Assembly (NCBI GenBank): GCA_963717505.1
Contig: OY970342.1
Span: 1,888,001-1,952,000 of the forward strand
Length of the DNA stretch: 64,000 nt
Direction: 5' to 3'
Origin: Candidatus Eiseniibacteriota bacterium
GTDB taxonomy: Bacteria; Eisenbacteria; RBG-16-71-46
The stretch's first letter is position 1, and every line of letters begins with the position of its first letter. Below, piece after piece: positions 18,856 through 29,500 of this stretch. The notes beneath the pieces are model-generated. The model worked only from the letters and a program-made list of their open reading frames with translations. It searched no databases and was not told the origin of the DNA. A program made the position numbers and the translations under genes.

Positions 18856-20217
18856 ATGACCGGCCGGCCACCCCGCCTTCTGATCGCCGACGATCAGCCC
18901 GACGTCCTGCAGGCCCTGAAGCTGCTCCTGCGCGGCGAGGGCTGGACCATCGAGACCGCGACGTCGCCGGCCGGCGCCCGGCAGACGCTCGAAGCCGGCG
19001 ATTTCGACCTGGCGCTGCTCGACTTGAACTACACGCGCGACACGACGTCCGGGCGCGAGGGTCTCGACCTGCTGCAACGGCTGCAGGCGTTCGATCCGAC
19101 GCTGCCGGTGGTGGTGATGACCGCCTATGGCAGCGTCGAGGGCGCGGTCGAGGCCATGCGGCGTGGGGCGCGCGACTACGTCGAGAAGCCGTGGGACAAC
19201 ACGCGCCTGATCGCCACCCTGCGCACCCAGGTCGATCTCGGCCGGGCGTTGCGCGCCGGGCAACGACTGGCCGACGAGAATCAGCTGCTCCGGCGCGAAG
19301 GCGAGGTCGAGATGATCGCGCGCTCGTCGGCAATGGCGCCGGTGCTCCAGGTGATGGAGCGGATCGGCCCGTCGGAGGCCAACGTTCTGGTCACCGGCGA
19401 GCACGGCACCGGCAAGGAGCTGGTCGCGCGTTGGCTGCACGGCGCCTCCGGGCGCGCGGCGCGGCCGCTGATCACGGTCAACGCCGGCGGACTGTCGGAG
19501 GGCGTGTTCGAGAGCGAGCTGTTCGGGCACGTCAAAGGTGCCTTCACCGGGGCGCGCGCCGATCGCGCCGGCCGGTTCGAGCTGGCCGACGGTGGCACGT
19601 TGTTTCTCGACGAGATCGCCAACCTGCCACCGGCGCTCCAGGCCAAGCTGCTGCGCGTGCTCCAGACCGGCGAGTTCGAGCGCGTGGGCTCCTCGCGTTC
19701 CCGGCGCGCCGACGTGCGCGTGATCTCGGCGACCAACGCCAACCTGGTCGAAGAAGTCGCCGCCGGGCGCTTCCGCGAGGATCTGCTGTTTCGGCTGAAC
19801 ACGGTCGAGATCAAGCTGCCGCCGCTGCGCGACCGCCGCGAGGACATCGGGCCGCTCGCCGAGCATTTCCTGCGCCGCCACCGAGCGCGTTACCGCAAGC
19901 CGCTCGAGCGCTTCGAGCCGGCGGCGTTGCAGGCGCTGCTCGAGCATTCCTGGCCCGGCAACGTGCGCGAGCTGGATCACGCGATCGAACGCGCGGTGCT
20001 GATGGCGTCGGGGGCCACGGTGGGTGTCGCCGACCTGGGGCTGCGCGCCGGCGCCGACGGCACCGTGCGGCTCGAGGACCTCACCCTCGAAGAAGTCGAG
20101 CGCGTGCTCATCCAGAAGGCGCTCAGGCGACACGACGGCAACGTGAGTGAGGCGGCCCGCTCCCTGGGGTTGTCCCGCAGCGCGCTCTACCGCCGCCTCG
20201 CCCAGCACGGATTGTGA
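18856..20217 (+). CDS. Sigma54-dependent response regulator (NtrC family: REC-AAA+-Fis HTH)
   Basis: REC domain (LIADD, LLDLN), GEHGTGKE, ESELFGHVKGAFTGA, LFLDEI, WPGNVREL, C-terminal HTH. Confidence 0.95.
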   Translation: MTGRPPRLLIADDQPDVLQALKLLLRGEGWTIETATSPAGARQTLEAGDFDLALLDLNYTRDTTSGREGLDLLQRLQAFDPTLPVVVMTAYGSVEGAVEAMRRGARDYVEKPWDNTRLIATLRTQVDLGRALRAGQRLADENQLLRREGEVEMIARSSAMAPVLQVMERIGPSEANVLVTGEHGTGKELVARWLHGASGRAARPLITVNAGGLSEGVFESELFGHVKGAFTGARADRAGRFELADGGTLFLDEIANLPPALQAKLLRVLQTGEFERVGSSRSRRADVRVISATNANLVEEVAAGRFREDLLFRLNTVEIKLPPLRDRREDIGPLAEHFLRRHRARYRKPLERFEPAALQALLEHSWPGNVRELDHAIERAVLMASGATVGVADLGLRAGADGTVRLEDLTLEEVERVLIQKALRRHDGNVSEAARSLGLSRSALYRRLAQHGL

Positions 20218-21572
20218 GGAACAAGCGACAGGCACGGCGCCCGCGGCCGGGCCACGGCACGCGCATTCTGTTGCTGACGCTCGCCGGCGGGCTGCCGTCG
20301 ATGCTGGCGGCGCTGCTGCTGGTCTGGCTCGGCGACTTCACGCCCAAACTTCGCTGGACGGTGACCGCGATCGTCGGCGCCTCTTGGATCGGCTTCGCGT
20401 TCGCGGTGCGCGAGCGCGCGATCCATCCGATCCAGACGCTGTCGAACATGCTGGCAGCACTCCGCGAGGGAGATTTCTCGATGCGTGGTCGCGCGGCATC
20501 GCACGAGGATCCGGTCGGACTCGCCTACTACGAGGCGAACACGTTGAGCGAGACGCTGCGCCAGCAGCGGCTGGGAGCACTCGAGGCCACGGCACTGCTG
20601 CGTCGGGTCATGGAGGAGATCGACACCGCGGTGTTCGCGTTCGATGGTGAACGCCGGCTGCGCCTGTTGAATCGCGCCGGCGAACGACTGCTGGGCCGGC
20701 CGCCGGAACAGCTCCTCGGCCGCGATGCGCTGGCGCTCGGTCTCGAGGACGCGCTGGAAGGCGAGGCGCCGCGGGTGACCGAGTTGTCGTTCCCCGGAGG
20801 TGCGGGACGCTGGGCGATCCGGCGCGGCGAGTTTCGCCAGGCCGGTATTCCCCATCGGTTGTTGGTGCTGTCGGACGTGAGCCGCACGTTACGCGAGGAA
20901 GAACAGCAAGCGTGGCAGCGACTGGTGCGCGTCCTGAGCCACGAGATCAACAACTCGCTGACCCCGATCACTTCGATCGCGGCCAACCTGCGATCGCAAC
21001 TCGGGCGCCCCGAGCCTCCGGCCGGATTCGACGAGGACCTGCGCACCGGACTCGACGTGATCGCGACTCGAGCCGATGCGCTCACGCGCTTCATGGCCGC
21101 CTACGCGCGACTCGCGCGGCTGCCGCGCCCGCGTCTGGCGCCGGTCGACGTCGAGACCTGGGTGCGGCGCGTGGCCGGCCTCGAGTCGCGGGTCGCGGTC
21201 GAAGTGCGCCCGGGTCCGCCGTGCGAGTTGAACGCCGACGGCGACCAGCTCGATCAGCTCCTGATCAATCTGGTGCGCAATGCCGCCGACGCCGTGCTCG
21301 AGTCGCGGGCGCCGGGGATGGCAGGCGGTCGCGTCGGCATTACCTGGCGCACAGCCGCAGATCGTCTGGACCTCGAAGTGGTGGACGATGGTCCCGGGCT
21401 CTCCGAGACCGAGAACTTGTTCGTTCCGTTCTTCACCACCAAACCCGGCGGATCGGGGGTGGGGCTCGCACTCAGCCGCCAGATCGCCGAAGGGCACGGG
21501 GGAGCACTGACGCTCGCAAATCGTGACGACGCACGCGGCTGCGTGGCCCGACTGCACCTGCGGCGAGCCTAG
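20214..21572 (+). CDS. Sensor histidine kinase (NtrY-like, TM-PAS-HisKA-HATPase)
   Basis: H-box LSHEINNSL, N-box NLVRNA, DDGPG, FFTTKPGGSGVGL. GTGA overlap with the regulator. Confidence 0.92.
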   Translation: MRNKRQARRPRPGHGTRILLLTLAGGLPSMLAALLLVWLGDFTPKLRWTVTAIVGASWIGFAFAVRERAIHPIQTLSNMLAALREGDFSMRGRAASHEDPVGLAYYEANTLSETLRQQRLGALEATALLRRVMEEIDTAVFAFDGERRLRLLNRAGERLLGRPPEQLLGRDALALGLEDALEGEAPRVTELSFPGGAGRWAIRRGEFRQAGIPHRLLVLSDVSRTLREEEQQAWQRLVRVLSHEINNSLTPITSIAANLRSQLGRPEPPAGFDEDLRTGLDVIATRADALTRFMAAYARLARLPRPRLAPVDVETWVRRVAGLESRVAVEVRPGPPCELNADGDQLDQLLINLVRNAADAVLESRAPGMAGGRVGITWRTAADRLDLEVVDDGPGLSETENLFVPFFTTKPGGSGVGLALSRQIAEGHGGALTLANRDDARGCVARLHLRRA

Positions 21573-21657
21573 GTCGGCGTCTCATCGGTCCTCGATGGAT
21601 GTTCCATACTCCGCGAAACGACGAGCAAGGCCCGCCCCACGGAATGACAAGAAACTG

Positions 21658-21687
21658 TTGACTCGCCGTCGAGTCCGGTCCTAGCAT
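21658..21687 (+). promoter_or_regulatory. Sigma70-like promoter for paralog 2
   Basis: TTGACT-N18-TAGCAT. Confidence 0.45.
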
Positions 21688-21880
21688 TTCCGTACCTCCT
21701 CTCCGGCTCAAGAACGGACGGGCCCCCCGCCGTCCGACAGGGATGTCAGGTCGTAAGGGCGGACCCCCAGCCGTCCAACAAGGATTGGGAAGCACGATCC
21801 GGGAAATCGTTCGTCGGTCGGTTGCTGCCCGAACGCCGAACGAGCCGATTGCAACTGCCCCTTTGCAACGGAGGTGTGCC

Positions 21881-24800
21881 ATGAGGTTCCGCTTTGCCCT
21901 GCTGCTCTCGATTGGAGCAGCCTCCCTCGCGCCGAGCCTGGCCGCGGCATTCGACGACCTCGCCGGGAACCCGCAACCCAAGCTGTTGAACGCGCGCATG
22001 GCGCAGGAGCTGCGCTCGCGCGCAGCGTCCCTACCGACCTCGGCGACCATCATCGACACGGTCTACGTCGGCTACACGCCGGGTCACACCGCCGACAACT
22101 GGTGGTCGATCTGGTCGGGCTCCGACAAGTTCCACGACGGCGGGCCCTATCACCGCCCGCCCGTGCAAGGCGGTATGTGGGATTTCGAGCCGCCCTACCC
22201 GCACGGCGACTCCCTCCAGGGCTTCACCCCCCACCGCGTCGAAATGACCGGCACCGGCGGTTTGACGATCCCGGATGCCGGCCGTCCGTGGCGCTGCCTC
22301 GACTATGGCAACGAAGCCAGCTCGATCATTCCGGGCGTAGGCCGCACGCACGCCGTGGTCGGCGTGTGGCATGTGGACCGTGGGGACCTGCAGGCGGTTC
22401 CTGCTTCGGTGAACGACGCCGTGGACCTGACGAACGGCGCCGGCAATGGCGTCGGCGGCGTCAACTGGACCCCGCTGGTCGGCGGGGCGTCCGCATGGAT
22501 GGGCCTGCGGCGCCATGGCGACAACTCGCACGTGGACGACGTCAGCCGTGGCGGCACCGGGAATGCTTTCACCGAAGACGTCATGGATCTCAAGGACCTT
22601 CATGGTGCGATCTCATTTGGCGGCACGGACAAGCGCTTCCCAGGCTACGGCTACCAGATGGACCAGATGCTGTACCGCGATGTGGACGTCACGGGCGTCG
22701 GGACCCTCACGGTCGGCTTCTCCTACAGGACGAACATGTCGACGGGGGTCGTGACCAACAACATCACGCGCAGCGGCTGGTTCCAGTGGGATCCGCTCAC
22801 GGTGATCACCGGTGGCTCGAACCCGAACTTCATCGAGAGCACCGGCAACCCGACGCCTCCCGCGGACTCGTTCATGGTCTACGTTGGCGCGCCGGCAGAA
22901 AGCGCGATCGTATTGTCAGACGGTGCTTCGCATCCGGTCTACGACCAGAAGCGACGCTGGGCGGGCGAGGTGATCCGTGGCAACGAAGGGCTGTACACGC
23001 AGATCCTGAGCGTGGGCGGCACGGTGGCGCCCGCGGCGTTACTTGCGACTGTCAGCGCGCCCAAGCTCGCGACTCTCAAAGCCGCGACCGCAGCCGGTGT
23101 CTCCAACGTCGTACGCATCGTGTTCCGGGTCAAGACCAACCAGACGTTCGACGACGAGAGCGTGCAGAACGCCGGCTCGTCCTCGAATGGCGCGGGTGCC
23201 GCGATCGTGGACCAGGTCACCATTTCGAAGGACGGTAGCGTCCCCGTGGTCCTCGGCGGGTTCGAGAGCCCCGGGGAAATCAACAATGCGATGGACTTCG
23301 GCCCGTATGGGAACAAGTCGCACGCACAGCATCCGCTGAACGTATGGAAGTCGACCGGCAAGCCGCTCAAGATCTACTCCCACATTCATCCGATGGCGGG
23401 CGACCCGGGTCGTGGCTACGTCCCGCTGGTCTACCAGGACATCTGCGGCCAGCCGGGGGATTTGAACCGTATCTGCAACATGGTCGGCGTCGTGATGTCG
23501 GTGGGCGACCACGACAACTTCGAGGCCTCGGGCGGGGTCTTCGGCACGGGCGAGCAGGAGCCGTTCGACGGCTTCTGGTCGCCGACCGTCAACCTGACGG
23601 GCCAGGGGTACACCACCCGGATCATCAACGGCGTGGTCACGCCGGTGAACAACATGGGGCTGTCGGCCGACGACGCCGACCCGACCGAAGATTTCTATGT
23701 CGACTACGAGATGTACACGGGGCGATTCGACATCTTCGCGACTGGCAACGCCTGGCGTTTCATGTTCAAGTGCTTCCCGGGTGGAGTTGGCACCAGCCAG
23801 GCCGGTCAGTACAAACGCTGGGGCACCGGCCGTCCTCCGGGGTTCATCTACTTCAACCCCGACAAGCAGTGCTTCCGCAATCTGGACGCCGGCTACGGCA
23901 ACGGACTGATCCGGACCACAAACGCTTCAGGCATCCCGGATTCAATCCGGATCGAGATCTACCCACGCCAGGAGTGCTATCGCTTCGGCGTCTCGAACTC
24001 CGAGAACTTCGACGGCGCCTACTTCGACAACCTCAGCCTGTCGATCGTCGATGGCGCCGGGGGCGACCCGGTGTCGATCGACATCTGGCAGTTCTACCAG
24101 GACACCTTTCCGTCGAACACCAACGACGGGCTGGTCGGGTTCACCGCGGCGTTCGACACCACCAGCGGTCTGTTGAAGAGTGGCATCAACATTTCGCCGT
24201 TGACCGGCAACACGTCCCGGTTCAACGTGCCGGGAGACACGACGGTAGTCAACGCGGAAGGCGACAACGTCCGCGTCGACCTGGTGTTCCGCATTCTTCC
24301 GGGTCCGGGCAACTACACCAACCCGGGAGCGGCGCCCGCCGCGCAACTGCTGAAGAAGCTCCCGACCGCGGCCACGCCGGTAGCGGGGGCGGTGTCCGGC
24401 TCGTCGAATTTCTGGGAGAACTTCATGGCGGACCGCGGTGCCATGGGGGCGGGTACGCATCCCGCGCCCCGGTGGAGCCCGCAGGTGTGGAACGCGGCGC
24501 GCATGGATACGGCCGAGGTAAACGTCTTCCAGCAGCAGAAGCGGATCAACGCCCAGCCAGCCAACGCCGGTCTGTTCATGACCGCGTACCACGAAGACGA
24601 ACTCGTGGCACCGGGAAGCCGTCGTGCGCTGTCCATCCCTCGCAATATCTGCTTCATCGCGGACACGGCGGCGGCGGTGTCGACCGCTTCCGTGATCTGC
24701 GGCTCGGGCGCGATGCCCTTGGGCGCGGTGTATCCACCGGCATGGGCGTTCGCCGCGATTGCAGGTCTGGCGGAGGCCGGAACCGGCAATCCTTTGGCCT

Positions 24801-26374
24801 CCCCGACGCAGATCCAGAGCTGTCCGGGCCCCGCCGGGTCGGGTCTGTGCCAGACAATCGAGGGCACCAAGATCCTACCCGATGGTCTGTTTACGCCGGG
24901 CACGCACATCGCCTACTTCTTCAGGCGCGAGGATCTGCCGCCGTCGACGCCCTCGACGTTCCTGGCGCCCGATACGAACCAGGTGTTCCCGCAAAACTCG
25001 GAAGGCTCGACCGACGGTCACCGCTGGCAGGAAGTGTCGGTGCTGCCGGACCGGTGGAAGGACTCGGACTACATCCACCCGGTGCTCGGAACTGCGGGCA
25101 CGGGTGAAGCGTGCGTGCTGTTCGTCGACAACAACGACCGGCGCGGCAACGAGCGGGTGTTCATGGGCGTTGCCGACTCGCTCGGCATGAACGCCGCGAA
25201 CAAGCGCGGCGGCAGCAACGGATGGAGCGCTTCCGGGGACGCCGACGTCAACGATCCGACGTACTTCGTGCGCCGGCACGTCGGCCAGGCCGGCACGACG
25301 TTCGACAAGTACGACATCAAGGCGTCGGAGTCCTTGAACACGAATTCTGGCAGCATTGGCAGCCGGATTGCGTTCTCGAATCCGGCGAATACCCAGATCG
25401 AGGGCAAGCGGTCGTTCCAGGGCCCGTCGCCGACCATGCTGACCAGTTTCTACAAGATCCTGTTCACGGTGACTGGGGACCTGAACTCGAGCGTCTGGGG
25501 TCCGTTCAATAATAAGAGTTCGAACGACGCCGGCATCATGACCAGCTTCGCGACCAGCGGCGATCCGTTGGATCCCAATCGTGGCTTTTACACGATCGGC
25601 GATGGCTGGAACGAAGCCGCGACCGGTGCGGCGTACGCGTTCATCACCTCGATCCTCGGCGCCGACCTGATCAGCACCAGCTACCTGTCGTACTCCGGAA
25701 ACACGGCGCTCACCGCCCAGTTGGTTCCCACCGCCGCGCTGCCGTCGGCGTTCGGGAGCCGCTACGGCGTCCAGAACAGCTGCAGTTTCACGCTCGATGT
25801 GCAGACCCCCGTCCTGGATGAGGCGGTGGTGTCGATGGAATACGAGAAGGTGAGCGTCGAGCCCTACCCCGCGGGGATCCTCAAGCCGCATACGGCGCTC
25901 AATCCGTGGATCGCGCTGTCGGACGGCTGGGACATCGAGGTCATGTCCTCGGTCGACGGGTACTCGTCGCGCGGGCGGCTGCACTATTACTACCATGCGA
26001 TGCAGGACGCGTTCGGCACGATCGCAGGCTGCAACGTGGTCGGCGCGCCGTTGTTCATCACGGATGCTCCGAACACCGGCAACGGCCGGTTGTTCAACTT
26101 CATGAGCCTACGCAACAACCCGGTGCGCTCGGGATCGGCGACCTTCGCGATCGGGGTTGCGAAGAGCGACTGGGTGACCATCCGGATCTTCGACGTGGCC
26201 GGGCGCCTGGTACGCACGGTGGCGGACCGGAACTTCATGGCGGGTGAACACAGCGTGACCTGGGACGGAGTCGACAATGCGGGCCGGACGGCGGCGCGCG
26301 GGGTCTACTTCGCGAAGCTCGAGTACCGGAGCCAGGGGTTCAAGGACGCCGGCAAGCTGGTGCTGCTGAAGTGA
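21881..26374 (+). CDS. Large secreted protein with C-terminal FlgD-Ig/T9SS-like domain, paralog 2 (1497 aa)
   Basis: GGAGGT RBS and signal peptide MRFRFALLLSIGAASLAPSLAAA. Colinear with paralogs 1 and 3; FlgD-type tail. Confidence 0.87.
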   Translation: MRFRFALLLSIGAASLAPSLAAAFDDLAGNPQPKLLNARMAQELRSRAASLPTSATIIDTVYVGYTPGHTADNWWSIWSGSDKFHDGGPYHRPPVQGGMWDFEPPYPHGDSLQGFTPHRVEMTGTGGLTIPDAGRPWRCLDYGNEASSIIPGVGRTHAVVGVWHVDRGDLQAVPASVNDAVDLTNGAGNGVGGVNWTPLVGGASAWMGLRRHGDNSHVDDVSRGGTGNAFTEDVMDLKDLHGAISFGGTDKRFPGYGYQMDQMLYRDVDVTGVGTLTVGFSYRTNMSTGVVTNNITRSGWFQWDPLTVITGGSNPNFIESTGNPTPPADSFMVYVGAPAESAIVLSDGASHPVYDQKRRWAGEVIRGNEGLYTQILSVGGTVAPAALLATVSAPKLATLKAATAAGVSNVVRIVFRVKTNQTFDDESVQNAGSSSNGAGAAIVDQVTISKDGSVPVVLGGFESPGEINNAMDFGPYGNKSHAQHPLNVWKSTGKPLKIYSHIHPMAGDPGRGYVPLVYQDICGQPGDLNRICNMVGVVMSVGDHDNFEASGGVFGTGEQEPFDGFWSPTVNLTGQGYTTRIINGVVTPVNNMGLSADDADPTEDFYVDYEMYTGRFDIFATGNAWRFMFKCFPGGVGTSQAGQYKRWGTGRPPGFIYFNPDKQCFRNLDAGYGNGLIRTTNASGIPDSIRIEIYPRQECYRFGVSNSENFDGAYFDNLSLSIVDGAGGDPVSIDIWQFYQDTFPSNTNDGLVGFTAAFDTTSGLLKSGINISPLTGNTSRFNVPGDTTVVNAEGDNVRVDLVFRILPGPGNYTNPGAAPAAQLLKKLPTAATPVAGAVSGSSNFWENFMADRGAMGAGTHPAPRWSPQVWNAARMDTAEVNVFQQQKRINAQPANAGLFMTAYHEDELVAPGSRRALSIPRNICFIADTAAAVSTASVICGSGAMPLGAVYPPAWAFAAIAGLAEAGTGNPLASPTQIQSCPGPAGSGLCQTIEGTKILPDGLFTPGTHIAYFFRREDLPPSTPSTFLAPDTNQVFPQNSEGSTDGHRWQEVSVLPDRWKDSDYIHPVLGTAGTGEACVLFVDNNDRRGNERVFMGVADSLGMNAANKRGGSNGWSASGDADVNDPTYFVRRHVGQAGTTFDKYDIKASESLNTNSGSIGSRIAFSNPANTQIEGKRSFQGPSPTMLTSFYKILFTVTGDLNSSVWGPFNNKSSNDAGIMTSFATSGDPLDPNRGFYTIGDGWNEAATGAAYAFITSILGADLISTSYLSYSGNTALTAQLVPTAALPSAFGSRYGVQNSCSFTLDVQTPVLDEAVVSMEYEKVSVEPYPAGILKPHTALNPWIALSDGWDIEVMSSVDGYSSRGRLHYYYHAMQDAFGTIAGCNVVGAPLFITDAPNTGNGRLFNFMSLRNNPVRSGSATFAIGVAKSDWVTIRIFDVAGRLVRTVADRNFMAGEHSVTWDGVDNAGRTAARGVYFAKLEYRSQGFKDAGKLVLLK

Positions 26375-26383
26375 CGCAGGGGT

Positions 26384-26407
26384 GAGGGGCGGGCGCGCCC
26401 GCCCCTC
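26384..26407. terminator. GC-rich perfect palindrome after paralog 2 (terminator or stabilising hairpin)
   Basis: GAGGGGCGGG-CGCG-CCCGCCCCTC; no U-tract. Confidence 0.4.
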
Positions 26408-26562
26408 GTCGCTGCAGGAAAGATGGGTGACACGCCGTAGAATCACATAGGTCCTCCCTGATCCGTTGAAGCACGGCAGTTTCGATCTGGATCGCGCATG
26501 TCCCGGTTGCTGCCCGGACCTGCCCGAGCCGCTGCAGGCGCCCCTTGCAACGGAGGTGTTCC

Positions 26563-29500
26563 ATGAGATTCGCCCGCTTACTGCTGCTCCTCGTAGCCGT
26601 CACCCTCCTACCCAGCTTTGCCGCCGCCGCCAGCCAAGAGGATGTCGTCGGCTTCGATCTGCAGCCGGTCATGATGAACGCACGCATGTCGCTCGCGCTG
26701 CGTGCGTGTCCGTCGGTCCCGGGTACCACCGCGCAACCGGGCTTTGGAACCGCAAGCCCTCAGCGGTACCGCGTCTGCGAGCCGCCGGTTTCCGGGACCA
26801 CGGTCGACACGGTCTTCGTCGGTTTCACTCCCGGGCACACCGCCGACAACTGGTGGTCGATCTGGTCGGGCTCCGACAACTTCCACGATGGCGGTCCCTA
26901 CCATCGCCCGCCGCAGCAGGGCGGCATGTGGGACTTCGAGGGTTCATATCCCAACGGCGACAGCCTTCAGGGCTGGACGCCGGTGCGCAACCAGATGAGC
27001 GGCACTGGTGGCCTGACCATCCCTGACCACCAGCGACCCTGGCGCTGCATCGATTACGGCAACGACGCCAGCGCTGTCATCCCGGGTGTCGGTCGCACGC
27101 ATGGTGTTACGGGCGTGTGGCACGTCGACGCGGGTGATCTGCAGCCGGTCGCTGCTTCGGTCGACGATACGCAGGACGGCCTGAATGGCGCCGGTCTGGG
27201 TGTCGGTGGTGTCAACTGGACCCCACTCGCCGGTAGTCGTTCGGCGTGGATGGGACTCCGGCGGCACGGTGACGTCACGCACGTCGACGACGTCGCGCGT
27301 GGTGGCACTGGCAACCCGTTCAACGAAGATGCAATGGTCTACAACGCGCTTGCGGGCGCAGTCTCGCTGGGCGGTACGGACAAGCGCTTCCCGGGATACG
27401 GCGATCAGATGGACCAGCTGCTGTATCGCGACGTGGACGTGACGGGCACGGGCGCCCTGACGGTTGGGTTCTCCTACCGGACGAACATGTCGACCGGTGT
27501 TGTAACCAACAACATCACGCGCAGCGGTTGGTTCCAGTGGGATCCGCTGGTTGCGAGTACCGGGGGGATCAACCCCAACTTCCTGGGCAGCACCGGCAAT
27601 CCGACGCCGCCCGCGGACTCGTTCATGGTGTACGTCGGCGCTCCGGCGGAGAGTGCGGTCGTCCTGTCGGACGGCTCCTCGCATCCGATCTTCGACAAGA
27701 AGCGCCGCTGGGCGGGCGAGGTCATCCGCGGCAACGAACGACTGTACACGCAGATCCTGAGCCGCGGCGCCACGAATGCGACCACGGCGTTCAGCGCGAC
27801 GGTGAGTGCCGCAGAGCTGGATCGGATCACGGCGTCGCCGACCGCGGGGGTCTCGAACCTGGTACGCATCGTGTTTCGGGTCAAGACCAACCAGACGTTC
27901 AGCGACGAGAGCGTGAACAACGCCGGTTCATCGTCCGAGGGCGCGGGCGCTGTGGTAGTCGACAACGTCACGATCTCGAAGGACGGTGGCGCCGCCGTGA
28001 CCATCGGTGCCTTCGAATCGGTCAACGACATCGACAACTCGACCGACTACGGTCCTTACGGCAATCAAACGCACCCGCATCACCCCCTGAATTCGTGGAA
28101 GTCGACCGGCAAGCCGACCAAGGTCTACACCCATGTCCACCCGATGGCGGGCGACCCCGGACGCGGATACATCCCGCTGGTCTATCAGGATCTGTGCGGC
28201 CAGCCGGGCAGCCCGGCGCGGATCTGCGACATGATCGGTGTGGTCGCCTCGACCGGTGACCACGACAACGCCGAATCCTCGGGGGGCACGTTCGGCACCG
28301 CCGAGCAGGAGCCGTTCGACGGCATGTGGTCGCCGACCATCAGCTTGGTCGGCCAGGGCCATACCACCCGAATCATCAACGGCGTGGTGACCCCGGTGAA
28401 CAACATCGGGCTGTCCGCCGACGACGCGGATGCCACCGAGGACTATTACATCGACTACGAGATGTATACCGGCAGGTTCAACATCTTCACCACTGGCAGC
28501 GCCTGGAGGTTGGGGGTCATGAGCTATCCAGGCGGCAACGCGGCGAGCCAGGGCGGCCAGTACAAGCGCTGGGGGATGCCGCGCTATCCGGGATGTATCT
28601 ACTTCAACCCCGACAAGCAGTGCTTCCGGAACCTCGACGCGGCATTGGGCTGGGGCATTGTCCGCACCACCAACGCCTCGGGGATTCCTGACTCGCTCAA
28701 GATATTCGTTGGGCCGCGTCAGGAGGCCTACCGCTTCGGCGTGCCGGTATCCGAGAACTTCGACGGCTGCTACTGGGACAACCTCAGCCTGGCGATCGTC
28801 GACGGGGCGGCCGCGGACCCGGCGATGGTGGACATCTGGCATTGGTACCAGGACACCTTCCCGTTCAACAGCAACGACGGACTGGTGGGGTTCACCGCGG
28901 CGTTCGACACCACGACTGCTTTGATGAAGAGCGGCATCAACATCTCGCAAACGACGGGCAACACCTCGCGCTTCACCGTGCCCGGAGACACGACCGTGGT
29001 GATCGGAGCGGGCAACAGCGTCCGAATGGACATGGTGTTCAGGGTCCTGCCCGGCCCTGGGAACTACACCAACCCAAGTGCCGTGCCGGCTGCCCAGCTT
29101 CTGAAGCGGCTGCCCACCGCGGCGACGCCGGTGGCGGGCGCGGTCTCGGGCTCGTCCAACTTCTGGGAGAACTACATGGCCGACCGGGGCGCCAAGGGCG
29201 CTGGAAGTCATCCCACTCCCGGTTGGGGCCCGCAGGTGTGGAACTCCGCGCGCATCGACACCGCGGAAGTCAACGTGTTCCAGCAGCAAAAGCGGATCAG
29301 CGCCCAGCCGGCCAACGCCAGCCTGTTCATGACGGCTTATCACGAGGACGAGTTGGTGTCCCCGGGAACCCGCCGTGCGCTGGCGATCCCCCGCAACATC
29401 TGCTTCATCGCGGACACCTCGAACGCGGTGACGACGCAAACCGTGATCTGTGGCTCGGGATCGATGCCGCTCGGTGTGGTCTATCCGCCGCTATGGGCTT

